A stretch of DNA of 63,988 nt, the filler included, from Octopus bimaculoides (taxonomy: Eukaryota), in assembly GCF_001194135.2 (NCBI RefSeq). It is 3 parts of 2 records of this genome, joined end to end, with 100 filler letters (N's around TTAATTAATTAA, not from the genome) between each part and the next. Parts side by side here need not be neighbours in the genome. Positions count along the whole stretch, not along the records: positions 1 to 31,635 come from NC_068990.1; positions 31,736 to 62,639 come from NC_068990.1; 1 more part is not named here. One strand, given 5' to 3'. A program made the translations under genes and the position numbers. The notes beneath the pieces are model-generated. The model ran no database searches, was not told the DNA's origin, and worked only from the letters and a program-made list of their open reading frames with translations. This document shows, one piece after another, positions 25,006 through 37,200 of the stretch (position 1 is the stretch's first letter; each line of letters begins with the position of its first letter).

Positions 25006-27416
25006 ATGCAGAATTTCAACTTCTGGAATTATGGACATGTTGAAGATTGACTTAGTTCGGTTGGAACTTGCTTTGGTCGGCAATTCATCTTGTGTTGATC
25101 GCAAACGGACATCGTTTCTGATAGATAGAACGTCTTGGAATGTAAAATTTTTGCTTTAGAAATCTGTATATGATATGATCTTTTATTTATTATACAGGAT
25201 TTGAACTTCATTACTCACAAATCTCATTCATGAATAAATAAATAAACTGTGCGCCAAAGTATATTGATAAGCAACAGTGATTCCTGATTATAAAACTAAT
25301 TGTTATTCCGATGAAAATACAAAATAAAAAAGGAAAAGAAATGACAGACGGAAATGGAAATAACAGAAGTAAAATCTAAATTAGCTGCTAATTACTATTT
25401 TGACAAAACATTTCATTGGTATATATACATACTGTAATTATTCTAACTGGACATACATTGCCTTATGACTCGTTGTCATCGTCATCATGAAAAATCACAC
25501 ACACACACACGCATACACACGCATACATTTGCATACACACATACGTACGCATACACATACATACATACACACACATACACGCACATACATACATACATGC
25601 ACACATACAAACACACACACACATACACACATACACACACACAAAGAGACACATACACATACATACATACACACACACAAAGAGACACATACACATACAA
25701 ACACATACACACACACATACACACAGAGATACATACACATACATACACACACACATACAAAGAGACACATACACATACAAACACATGCACACACACATAC
25801 ACACAACGAGACACATACACATACATACACACACACACACATACAAGCACATGCACACATGCACACACACACACACACACACACATACATACACACAGGC
25901 ATACGCATACACACACGGCAACAAACAGCACCAAGCACCAATGATATTCATTCATTTTTCATCAGAGCTGCCATCGTCACCAATCATTATCATTATCGTT
26001 ATAGTCATTGCCACAAATCATCCTCGGAACATCTTAATATTCATCATCTCACCACCACCACCACCACCACCAGTGCCCCTTCTATCAGTTATCATCATCA
26101 TCATCATCAACACCGTTGCCATTGTCATCATAATCATCATTGTTGTCATCATCGTCATCATCATCACCATTGTTATCATAATAATCATCATCATCGTCAT
26201 CATCGTTGTCATCGTTGTCGTCATCATTGTCGTAGTCAGCACTACTAGTTATCATCGTTATTGCAGTCAGTGCCACTAACCATCATCCTCATCATCATCA
26301 TCATCATCATCATCTATACTGCCACCACTACCACCACCAGCAACCACTACCACCACCAGCAACCACTACCACCAGCACTGTTGTCTTCATTGTCATCATC
26401 GTCATCATCATCATCTCCATGGCCATTCTCATCACCACCACCACCACCGTCGTCATCGTCGTCATCATCATCATCATCGTCATCATCTCCATGACCATCT
26501 TCATAACCATCATCAACATCATCACCATCATCCCTATCACTGTTGTTGCCTTCGTCACCACATTCACCCTCCCCCATCCCCATGCCACCACCCCCGACCC
26601 CACCTCCTCATTGCAACTAATTNNNNNNNNNNNNNNNNNNNNNNNNNNNNNNNNNNNNNNNNNNNNNNNNNNNNNNNNNNNNNNNNNNNNNNNNNNNNNN
26701 NNNNNNNNNNNNNNNNNNNNNNNNNNNNNNNNNNNNNNNNNNNNNNNNNNNNNNNNNNNNNNNNNNNNNNNNNNNNNNNNNNNNNNNNNNNNNNNNNNNN
26801 NNNNNNNNNNNNNNNNNNNNNNNNNNNNNNNNNNNNNNNNNNNNNNNNNNNNNNNNNNNNNNNNNNNNNNNNNNNNNNNNNNNNNNNNNNNNNNNNNNNN
26901 NNNNNNNNNNNNNNNNNNNNNNNNNNNNNNNNNNNNNNNNNNNNNNNNNNNNNNNNNNNNNNNNNNNNNNNNNNNNNNNNNNNNNNNNNNNNNNNNNNNN
27001 NNNNNNNNNNNNNNNNNNNNNNNNNNNNNNNNNNNNNNNNNNNNNNNNNNNNNNNNNNNNNNNNNNNNNNNNNNNNNNNNNNNNNNNNNNNNNNNNNNNN
27101 NNNNNNNNNNNNNNNNNNNNNNNNNNNNNNGGTGGTGGTGGTGGTGGTGGTGGTGGTGAGGATGATGGTGGTGGTGGTCGTGATGATGACGATGATGATG
27201 ATGACGATGACGATGACGATGATGATGATGATATTGATGATAATGATGACAACGATGACAACGACGATGATGATGTTGATGATAATGATGATGATGATGA
27301 TGATGATGATGATAATGATGATGACCACGATAATGATGATGATAATGATGATTGTGGTGGTGGTGGTGGTGCTGTTGTTTTTTGATGATGGTCATGATGA
27401 CGATAATAACAACAAA

Positions 27417-27472
<56 letters not shown>

Positions 27473-27574
27473 TAATAATAATAATGATAATAATAATAAT
27501 AATTTCTATCATCGACACAGCAGTGTCACAAATGTAGGGGGAGGAGCTGATCAATTGAAATGCCTCCCCTGTCC

Positions 27575-28053
27575 TACGCACTTGACTGGTATTATGTTTT
27601 ATTTCATTGACCCCCACCACCACCATCACCACCACCACCACTGGAAAGATGAAAAGCAAAAGCTGACCTTGTTGGAGTTTGAACATAGAATGTAAATCTT
27701 GTAAAGCATTTTGTCCAAGCCTCTAATAACAGGGAGTAAGAGTGAGAAACAAAAGTAATGTTTCTCTTTTGAATTAGGGAGAAAGGAGTGGGGGTTTTTT
27801 TGGTTCTTTTTTTTTTGAGGGAAGGTTGCGGTTAGTCAATTACATCAATCCCCATACTTGATTGGTACTTTATTTTAACGACCGAGCAAAGATGAAAGGC
27901 AAAAAGTTGACCTCGTCTGGATTTGAATTCATGAAATGTGAAAAAAAACAAAAAAACACCAGAAACATTAAAGCCTAGGCATTTTTATCCAACGGTCTGT
28001 CAGTTCTACCAATCTACTACCATAAGTAGTAGTAGTAGTAATAAATAATGATG

Positions 28054-28129
<76 letters not shown>

Positions 28130-28133
28130 TAAG

Positions 28134-28210
<77 letters not shown>

Positions 28211-28317
28211 TAAGTATAATGATAATAATAATGATAAGTATAATAATAATAATAATAATGATAATAATAATAATAATAATAATAATGATAAGTATAATGA
28301 TAATGATAATGATAAGT

Positions 28318-28348
<31 letters not shown>

Positions 28349-28419
28349 TAATAATGATAATGATAATAATGATAATAATAATGATAATGATAATAATAAT
28401 AAATAATAATAATGATGAC

Positions 28420-28456
<37 letters not shown>

Positions 28457-28650
28457 CTTTCTACTATAGGCACAAACCTGAAATTTGAAGGGAAGGGGGA
28501 TAGTCATTTAGATTGACCCCAGTGTCTCACTAGCACTTAATTTATCAACCCTGGAAGGATGAAAAGCAAAGTCGAACTCAGAATATAAAGATGGACAAAA
28601 CGCCGCTAAGCATTTTGGTTAGAGTGCCAACGATTCTGCCAGCTGACTGC
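27575..28650 (-). mobile_element. Three degenerate SINE family C copies (~27575-27720, 27830-27990, 28500-28650) interleaved with microsatellites
   Basis: Recurrent TGG(T/C)ACT...TT(A/T)ATCGACC...AAGGATGAAA(A/G)GCAAAG.TGACC...TTTGAAC. Confidence 0.6.
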
Positions 28651-28845
28651 CTCTTCGTTAAGGGTACACGTGTCTGTGGAATGCTCAGCCACTTGCACAT
28701 TAATTTCATGAGCAGGCTGTTCCGTTGATCGGATCAACTGGAACCCTCGACGTCGTAAGCAACGGAGTGCCGACAAACAATATATGTATAGATGTATATA
28801 GAGAGGGTAATATATATAGAGGGTATATATATATATATATATATA

Positions 28846-28972
28846 CAGGGTGTCCACAAGGTCTGGGTACATGGAGTAAATAAAATCATGACATAAACAA
28901 TTAAATATAAGAGATAATAATTTCTTAAAGTATGTGTTAATCCCCATATACCCAGACTTTGTGGACACCCTG
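28846..28972. mobile_element. Tc1/mariner-type MITE in a (TA)n tract
   Basis: 29-bp TIRs CAGGGTGTCCACAA(G/A)GTCTGGGTA(C/T)ATGG, flanked by TA. Confidence 0.9.
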
Positions 28973-29458
28973 TATATATAAATATATATAAACATATATA
29001 TANNNNNNNNNNNNNNNNNNNNNNNNNNNNNNNNNNNNNNNNNNNNNNNNNNNNNNNNNNNNNNNNNNNNNNNNNNNNNNNNNNNNNNNNNNNNNNNNNN
29101 NNNNNNNNNNNNNNNNNNNNNNNNNNNNNNNNNNNNNNNNNNNNNNNNNNNNNNNNNNNNNNNNNNNNNNNNNNNNNNNNNNNNNNNNNNNNNNNNNNNN
29201 NNNNNNNNNNNNNNNNNNNNNCAAAAGATAAGTGATAAGATACGAGACAAGCTGGAAATACGAAGTGCAAAAGCAACCTGTTTTTTCCTCACCCCCCCAC
29301 CCCACTCCACGCTTATTACACACAACTAATTACTAAATGATCAAGCTCAAGCATGAACAGTACATTCAAGGGTAGTTAATGGTGGCGGCGGTGGCGGCGG
29401 TGGCGGTGGTGGCGGTGGCGGCGGTGGCAGTGATGTGGAGGGCTGGACATTCACTCAC

Positions 29459-29578
29459 ATCAATCGCATCCGTCCACTTAACCTAAGCTGTCTGGAGTGA
29501 TAACGCCGTTGACGCTAACAACAACAGTAAAGAACTTAGTTATAAAAACGAGTCATTTTTCAGGAATCTGAAGTCGTA
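29459..29578 (-). other. Candidate 120-nt non-coding exon
   Basis: TTTTTTTTGCCTTTCATCAG acceptor and GAT|GTGAGT donor, CpG-containing unique sequence, stops in all three frames. Confidence 0.35.
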
Positions 29579-29687
29579 CTGATGAAAGGCAAAAAAAAAT
29601 AGTAATAATAAATGAATGAATAAATGAATAAATGAATAGATAACTAAAAACAAAAAAAAATGCTTGAAAATTAAAAAAAAACATTAA

Positions 29688-30236
29688 TCCTTTCGATACC
29701 AACCTGGCTGAAACTGTCTCTGGCTCTGTACTACAAATTGTCTTGTTTTCAAAAGCTCTGAATTAAAATCTTCCACTAAACCTTAGTCACAATTTACATT
29801 CCTAATGCTAGCTTAATGACAACTAAGTTATTATTTACATTACATTATTTACATTTGACGGATATTTATCCTCATATGGCGTAGTAGTTTAGAATGCAGG
29901 CTACTAACCCCAAGATTCCGAGTTCAGTTCCAGGCAGTGACCTGAATAATAATATTAATAATAATAATAATGATTACATTGAAAAATACCTTAGGAATGA
30001 GAACCCAGGTTCGAAATTTCCCCAAGACACCTGATGAAGGCTGGAGGGTATATCAGCTGAAATGTGTTAACAACAAGATGAGGACAAATATCCGTCAAAT
30101 ATAAACAATGGACATAATTCCTCATCTCTTAAATATAGAACTGTATTAGCTAAGTTATTTACTAAATTCTTTGTTATGTTTAAAATTAATCGAAAGAAGC
30201 ACAGAGCATCTCAACAGAAATATGGTAACAAAAGGG
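29688..30236. mobile_element. piggyBac-like MITE interrupted by an HHR element
   Basis: TTAA|TCCTTTCGATACCA ... TGGTAACAAAAGGG|TTAG: degenerate CCCTTT TIRs and TTAA-type target. Confidence 0.65.
29833..30149 (+). mobile_element. tRNA-headed, hammerhead-bearing non-coding retroelement
   Basis: A-box-like TGGCGTAGTAG and B-box-like GAGTTCAGTTCC. HHR remnant GACAC-CTGATGA-A-GGCTG..CAGCT-GAAA-T-GTGTT at 30026-30068. Inverted 5' segment 29851-29875 vs 30079-30101. Flanking CTAAGTTATT direct repeat. Confidence 0.7.
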
Positions 30237-30987
30237 TTAGGGAAATAAGTTGAAAGAAAAAATAGATACATAAATATGTAAATAAATAGATTGGCTGAAT
30301 AAATAAATAGATATATTTGTTAAATAAATGAATACCCACATTAATAGCGAAATTATAAAGTTCAGAGAGAAATCATTTGGACGTCTTAATGAAAGAGGGA
30401 AAAAACAATAAACAAAAACAAGGACAGGAAATGGTAAATAAGAACATCTCTTTTGACTGAAGATGACGTAAAGGGACAAAATAAAAAGAAAAACAAAATA
30501 GCAAAAGAAAAACATGCACAAATAGAAATTTGCGACAAAAACTGCAAGATTTGAGGTCAGCATCAATTCCAATGGCTTTTTTTTTTGTGGGGGGGGGTAT
30601 GATAAATGACCTAAGAATTTTAATTAATTATCTTGCAGTTGTCATTGACAACATTTTTTTTTTTTTTTGCCAGCTGAGAGAGGGTTTTTTTTTTGTTTGA
30701 TGTTATATATTTATGCTTTCTTCGATGTTTGCACTTCAACACAAAATAGATGTTTATATAAAGTGTCCTGTTTCCTAATCCTTCTGCCTCTCACCTCTCT
30801 CGCATTTTTGACTTTTTAGTTATCCGCAGTTATACATTTATGTATATATAAACACTCAAAAATACATAAGTGTAGGCATGGTTGTGTGGTAAAGAGGCAT
30901 CTCAGCCATGTGGTCTCAGGTTCACTCCCACCACACGGTTGAGAACAAATCTTCCTCTCATACAGCCATGTCTGTACTTACAACCCA

Positions 30988-31320
30988 TATATCCCGTAAA
31001 TAATGTGGTTTTGCAAACTTCTTTTATTTTTCAAAATTAAGATAAAGTTTTTTTTTATCTAAAATATACTTACCTTCATTTTCTACAATACCCTTCCATC
31101 TATCAGGTACACTTGCAAGGCCCCTCTTTCAAAATTCACTTGTCCGTGACAAAAAATATTCCTCCAATATTGTTCTGACCTCGTCTACAGAATTCATACT
31201 TTTTCTGTCCAAATGATTTTGAAGACTGCAGAATAAATGATAATCAGATGGAGTAATGTCTAGTGAATATGGTGGGTGGGTCATCGTTTCCTATTCAAAC
31301 TGGGTATCTTATCCGAAATG
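30988..31320 (-). pseudogene. mariner (DD34D) transposase C-terminal remnant with one TIR
   Basis: Translates to HPPYSLDITPSDYHLFCSLQNHL...DRWKGIVENEGKYI, with in-frame stops. Confidence 0.9.
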
Positions 31321-31424
31321 TATAATATTAAATATATATCACGCGAAACTGATTGTTAAGACCAACTATATTGGATATTTGATACTATACATTTTTGATC
31401 ATATATATATATAATTTTGACAGG

Positions 31425-31597
31425 AAGGACAACAAAAGAAAGAAAGAAACCTCGATATTATACAAATAGAGGAATTTATCTGTAAAAATATGTGACACTT
31501 ATTCAGTAGCCATGATAAAACTCCGAGTTTCGGATGCCAGGGTGGGAGCCCACGCCAACATCTCTTCAGTTATCCGGCCAATTGAAAATTCTTATGA

Positions 31598-31600
<3 letters not shown>
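31425..31600 (-). mobile_element. Solo PLE pLTR-like repeat with an intact-core hammerhead (31507-31580)
   Basis: GATAA-CTGAAGA-GATGTTGG..CTGGCATC-C-GAAAC-TCGGA-GTT-TTATC. Same family as 49359-49432. Ends in (TA)n. Confidence 0.8.
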
Positions 31601-31635
<35 letters not shown>

Positions 31636-31735
31636 NNNNNNNNNNNNNNNNNNNNNNNNNNNNNNNNNNNNNNNNNNNNTTAATTAATTAANNNNNNNNN
31701 NNNNNNNNNNNNNNNNNNNNNNNNNNNNNNNNNNN
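31636..31735. other. Artificial assembly linker N44-TTAATTAATTAA-N44
   Basis: Exactly 100 bp and symmetric. An identical linker is at 62640-62739. Confidence 0.9.
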
Positions 31736-31846
31736 CATTATATTTGGAAAAATAGGAATAAATTTCAATGAGTATTACTTACTCGGGTATAGTCCAACCC
31801 TTTGTCAGCTATATTTGGGCTCCATGCGATGTCTTTATTTCCGATG

Positions 31847-31920
<74 letters not shown>

Positions 31921-31928
<8 letters not shown>

Positions 31929-32945
31929 TCCACCTTGGTGAAGGCGGAGGTATTGTTTTCAGTCATTCTTTGTTTGTCCATAGACAAGATATCTCAAGAA
32001 CTGCTGGATGGATTTGGATGAAACTTTCAAGGATGCTTGGCCTGTGACTGGCATGAACTGATTAGATTTTGATATCAATCCGGTACCGGACAAGTATTCT
32101 GGATTATTTGTTGTATTTACTTTACATGAAGTATTACGATCTTATGTTGACTTTCAAGTCTTTCTCTGATTATCTCCCTTGAAAGCACGCTCATAGTTTC
32201 TATGTAAGTTATGGTGGCGTTGCTGTTTCCAAAGTTTTATTTTCATTTCTCACTTATTAATTTTACTTGCGTCTCTATCTTAGTAGAAACTGATGGATAA
32301 AGAAATTAAACTACATAAACAAATGGCAGCAAAACCGTTCAGAAATTAAATAACACTAAAATATCCAGTAACAATAATAAATTTAATTTATCCTAGATAA
32401 TTTTTAGTTTTACCAATTTTGAATATATCACTCCTGTCTAAAACCTCTTACCTACTTCACAATTGCATTTCTAGCTCTGCCTTGAAGGAAACTTTACTTC
32501 TTGGACTCACATTTTTATGCACAATGATGTTGTTAAACCTCTGTTAACAGTACCATATGCAGATCCTTTCCATCTTCTTTCATGCACGAATAAATTTTTC
32601 ACTATAGACCTTAATGGTCGGAAAGACACTATATCAGTGGATAGACTAAAAAAAGCCTTCATAGAGGAACTTGTCCCCATTTCCACTGCAGACGATACAC
32701 ACACAACATTGCAAACATGGCCTGCACACCCACCTTCACATTCCATCACTACCATTGGGATCGATCAGGTACTGGACAAGGATTCTGGATTATTTTTCCA
32801 ATTTTTTTACTTAGCGGTTAGGTTCACTTTTAGTATTCGCGTTTGTGAGAGTTGTCAAATTTATTTCAGATATTCACATTTAATAATCATCTCTGGCTAA
32901 TCGTTGAGAGAATGTTGGTGTTGCCTTGGCAGAGGTTTGTGCTCT
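31921..32945 (+). mobile_element. Helentron-associated (HINE/DINE-1-like) non-autonomous element with an internal insertion
   Basis: 5' stem-loop ACCTCCACCTT-GGTG-AAGGCGGAGGT, internal GGATGGATTTGGATGAAACTTTC, 3' subterminal repeat TTGGCAGAGGT. Confidence 0.6.
32490..32690 (+). pseudogene. Gypsy/Ty3 integrase C-terminal (GPY/F) fragment
   Basis: THIFMHNDVVKPLLTVPYADPFHLLSCTNKFFTIDLNGRKDTISVDRLKKAF matches the typical PLQPPYDGPF...FTIDINGRKDTVSIDRLKPAF module. Confidence 0.8.
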
Positions 32946-32965
32946 TGTTGTTGTTGTTGTTGTTG

Positions 32966-32999
<34 letters not shown>

Positions 33000-33430
33000 A
33001 ACTATTACATGCCATATTAGTTAGGAGGGATGTTGTTTTTAGGTTTGGTGACAACAGGTCGCCTCAGTTCTCCAGAATCTTTCTTAAGATTCTTGCAGAT
33101 GCAAGATTGCACTTTTCTGCAGATTAACAATGCGAGTCTTAATTCCAATGTCTTTCTATCTCTTAGTTTGCAGTTTGGGTGTTGTGCCAGGTGCACTAAT
33201 TACAACAGAAGCAGTTGTCTTTGTCTTCCACAATATATTCACTTTGCTGGCTAGGTCCTGATATTTCTCAATTTTTTCAGTTTCTTTGGTATCCACCCTG
33301 TTATCATAGGGAATTGCAAAGACTTATCTTATACTGTTTATTTTGTCCTCTATAATCATATCTGGTCTTCTTGTATCAGTTGTATGGCCAGTTTTTATGG
33401 GGAAGTTCCATAAAATCTTGTAATTATTGT
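33000..33430 (-). pseudogene. R4/Dong-clade LINE 3' end (restriction-like endonuclease domain)
   Basis: KILWNFPIKT...RRPDMII...IPYDNRVDTKETEKIEKYQDLA...LWK...LQKSAIL, with stops. Ends in (TAA)n. Confidence 0.85.
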
Positions 33431-33459
33431 TATTATTGTTGCTATTGTTATTATCAAGA

Positions 33460-33665
33460 TGGCTAGCTGGCAGAATTGTTAGCACTGGATGAAGTGCTTA
33501 GTAGCATTACTTCTGGCTCTTTCTGTTTTGAGTTCAAATTCCACAGAAGTTGAATCTGTCTTTCATCTTTATAGACTTAATAAAATAAATACCCATCAAG
33601 TACTGGGGTTGATGTGATCAACTAACACCCTCTCACCAAAACTGCTGGCCTTGTGCTAAAATTTG
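33460..33665 (+). mobile_element. SINE family C
   Basis: GGCAGAATTGTTAGCAC...TTGAGTTCAAATTCC...CTTTCATCTTT...AAGTACTGGGGTTGATG. Confidence 0.7.
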
Positions 33666-34224
33666 AGCCTTTTTTTTTTTTTTTCATAAATTCATGTGGA
33701 TAGCGGAAGTATCACACAGCTCTCTACACAAAACAATTTCATATTCAGAGTTCAATTTTATTTGTAAAGGTAATAATAGGAGTATCAGCTAATTACTCGC
33801 TCTCTTTTAATCAATTTTTTCACCTGCCACACATTTGTCATCTTTTGTCAGTGCTAGAAATCATTGTTAATATTATAAATACTAACAATAGCAGAATCAG
33901 TAAAGCATTAGACAAAATATCATGTACTTATGTCTCCCTATGTTCACATTTCAAGCCCTGCCTAGGAGTAACTGTCATTAATTCTTCTGGGTTCAGATGA
34001 AAAAAGTACTTGGTCTGGACTGAGTCAATTGTATCACCTGTATCCCTCTCCTATAATGTGCCCTACAATATATGCAAAATCATTATCATGATTTTTATTT
34101 AGATGTGATGCAGTTAACTGGAACTGTAGAGCATTGGATTTTACAGTATTTCAGTGTGTGCCGCTCTATTCAATGTTGGAATAGATTTTCCAAGACCGAT
34201 TAGATTAATTCCAGTAACACAATA

Positions 34225-34287
34225 GTCTATTCAGTTAGCAATATCCCATGTCAAAAAGAGACATGGGGTATTGCTAACTAAATAGAC
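34225..34287. repeat. 63-nt hairpin with 28-bp arms and a 7-nt loop
   Basis: GTCTATTCAGTTAGCAATATCCCATGTC / GACATGGGGTATTGCTAACTAAATAGAC (26/28 complementary). Confidence 0.9.
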
Positions 34288-34294
34288 CTTATTC

Positions 34295-37200
34295 ATCATC
34301 ATCATCATCATTTAACGTCAATTCTCCATGCTGGCATGAGTTGAACAGTTTGACCAGTACTGGAAAGCTGCACCAGACTCCAGTTGGATGCCCTTCCTAA
34401 CATGAACCACTCCCAAGACTAATGCATGCTTTTATGCGCCATTTGCATGACACCAATATCTGCCACGACTGCAATTTTACTTGGCTTGATGGGTCTTCTT
34501 CTCAAGCATGACATAATGCCAAAGGTCTTGGACATTGTCTCCATGAGGCTCAACACTTGAAAAGAGCTCAACCACTTTGCTTCCATGAGGCCCAACACTC
34601 AAAAGATGCTTTTTATGTGCTACCAGCATGGGTGCCAGATACGTGACACCAGCATCAGCCATGACCACGATTTCACTTGGCATGACATGTCTTCTCAAGC
34701 ACAGCATATCACCAAAGGTCTCAGTCAATGGTCATTGCCTCTGTGAGGCCCAAAGTTAAAAAATCATGCTTCACCAACTTGTTCCATGTCTTCCTGGGTT
34801 TACCTCAATCACAGGTTCCCTCCACAGAAATCGGCACTTCTTTACACAGCTGTCCTCGTCCATATGCATCACATGACCATACCAGCACAGTTGTCTCTCT
34901 TGTATACCACCTCTGATGCCTCTTATGCCCAACTTTTCTCTCAAGATGCTTGCACTCTGTCAAACATGCACACTGACATTGCATATGTCCTCAGCTGTCA
35001 CAGCCCATGTTTCACTGCCATGTATCATAGCTGTTCTCACACAGGCATCATACAATCTGCCTTTCACTCTGAGAGAGAGAGGATCTTTGTTGCCAACAGA
35101 GGTAGGAGCTCTCTGAACTTTGCCCAGCCTAATCTTATTCTCAATGTTATGCTCCCAGAACAACCACCTCCATTACTGACCAGGTCAGCTAGATACCAGA
35201 TGCTATCTACCACCTCTAGCTTACCCACTTGGCAGTTGATGAAGTCTATTTTGTGTACATTTTCGGTGTTTATTGTACCTCTGCATCTTCCACACACAAA
35301 AGCTATTTTCCCTGTTAACCTTCCTCTGATATTGCTGCTTCTCTTATGTGTCCAAAGCTTATACCGGGTGCATCTTATGGAGTTTCTGCCTATACCTTTT
35401 CTACAGATAGAGCAGGGCCATCTACCTGAGGGGATTTGGCATTTGTCTGCCTTCCTACTTACTATGACTTTGGTTTTTGCTAGGTTAACTCTAAGGCCCT
35501 TTGATTCTAAACCTTGTTTCCATACCTGGAACTTCTGTAGTTCTGGTAGTGATTCAGCTATAAGAACAAGGTCATCAGCATAGAGGAGCTCCCAGGGGCA
35601 GCCTGTCTTAAATTCCTGTTATTGCCTGAAGGAATATGATGAAGAAGAGTGGGCTGAGTACTGATCCTTGGTGAACCCCTACTTGTACCCTGAATTTTTT
35701 GCTGTACTTGTTGCTCACTCTCGCCTTACTGGTAGCGTCCCTGTGCATGGCTTGTGCAGCTCTCACCAACCACTCATTTGTCCCTAGTTTCCGCATTGAC
35801 CACCAGATAAATGATTGGAGGACCCTCTCAAAGGCTTTCCCCAAGTCAACAAAAGCCAAGTACCAAAGTTTATCTTTGGCTAGGTATTTCTCCTGCAGTT
35901 GCCTTACCAGAAATATAGCATCAGTAGTGCTTCTTCTTGGCACAAAACCAAATTGCATCTCATTTAGACAAGCTCTCTCCCTAATTAATTGGGCTATGAC
36001 TTCTGTATCCAACAATTTCCTACTTTTGTAATTATTTCTTTCTAAGGCATCGCCTTTACCTTTGTAGCATTTGACTATAGTGCTGCTACACTAGTCATTG
36101 GGTATGAATCCTTCGTGAACCACCTGATTTACAATATGGGTGACTAGACCATAACCCACACCACCAGGTATTTTAAGCATCTCAGCAGTGATTCCTGATA
36201 GCTGGGGGATTTCCCCGTCTTCACATCCTTAATTGCATTATCTACCAGGGTGCTGTCAATTCAGATAACTGGTCCCTTAGTTGAGTCAACATTTGGCAGA
36301 CGCTCCTTCTCCCATTCATTCTCCATGTTTGCAGACTCATTGAAAGCCAGTGCACCATCATCCATGTGGACACATTTCTCTCCTATGGCATCCCAATTTT
36401 CTCTCACACTGTCTTGCAATCCGAAACACATCAATTCTTTGGTCCTCACATCACTGAACATAGTCAAACTTCTTTTCTACTTTTCTCTTGGTTAGATATA
36501 CCAGTCTCCTAGCTTCCTTTCTGGCTATCTGATACATGTCCCTGCCATCCCCTCTCTTCCAGGCCGGTTTCTTTGCTCTAAAGGCCTTATATACCGCATT
36601 GTTCAACCACCATGTCATCCTATGTCTGGATGAGACTTTGCACCAGCTGCAGATTTGGTCTGTGGCACTCAGCAAGCTGTCCCACAGGAATTCCCAGTTG
36701 GCCTCTATGTCACAAGTTTGTAGCTGTTCCTCCCTCTCATCAAATTTCCCAATTCAGATATCCCTAAATCTCTGACCATATGAAGCATCCTTAAGCTTTC
36801 AAATCCTTCTTTTCCAGATTGGTCTGCTTCTTGGCATTGTTCTAGCCTGGAATCTAAAATCATCAATGACTAGTCTATGCTGGGAGGTACATTCTTCACT
36901 AGGGCAGGTCTTTGTATTTAAGAGCAGCCATGCATCCTCCTGTTTGATGAAATGAATGTAATCGATTTGGCTAGCACAGTCACCTGATTTGTAGGTTATC
37001 AGTTATCAGATGGCTGGTTGGCTTCTTGAAGTTGATGTTACATCACAGAACTCCAGTAGCCTTGTTCCCTCTTTTGTTTCGGGAACCAATTCTGTGGCCC
37101 CCATGTACACCATGGAAGATACCAGGCTGCCGTCTGACATGACCATTGATATTCCTAGTCACAAAGATGAGATCATTGTCACTCATCTTGGAGGTAACCT

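Noticed and set aside
24995-25160. ~50-codon open frame on the minus strand (SKNFTFQDVLSIRNDVRLRSTQDELP...)
   Set aside because: It runs directly into a SINE head with no donor site, and no family was recognised.
31680-31691. TTAATTAATTAA as a biological motif (homeodomain site or piggyBac target)
   Set aside because: It is centred in exactly 44+44 Ns at two places, so it is an assembly linker.
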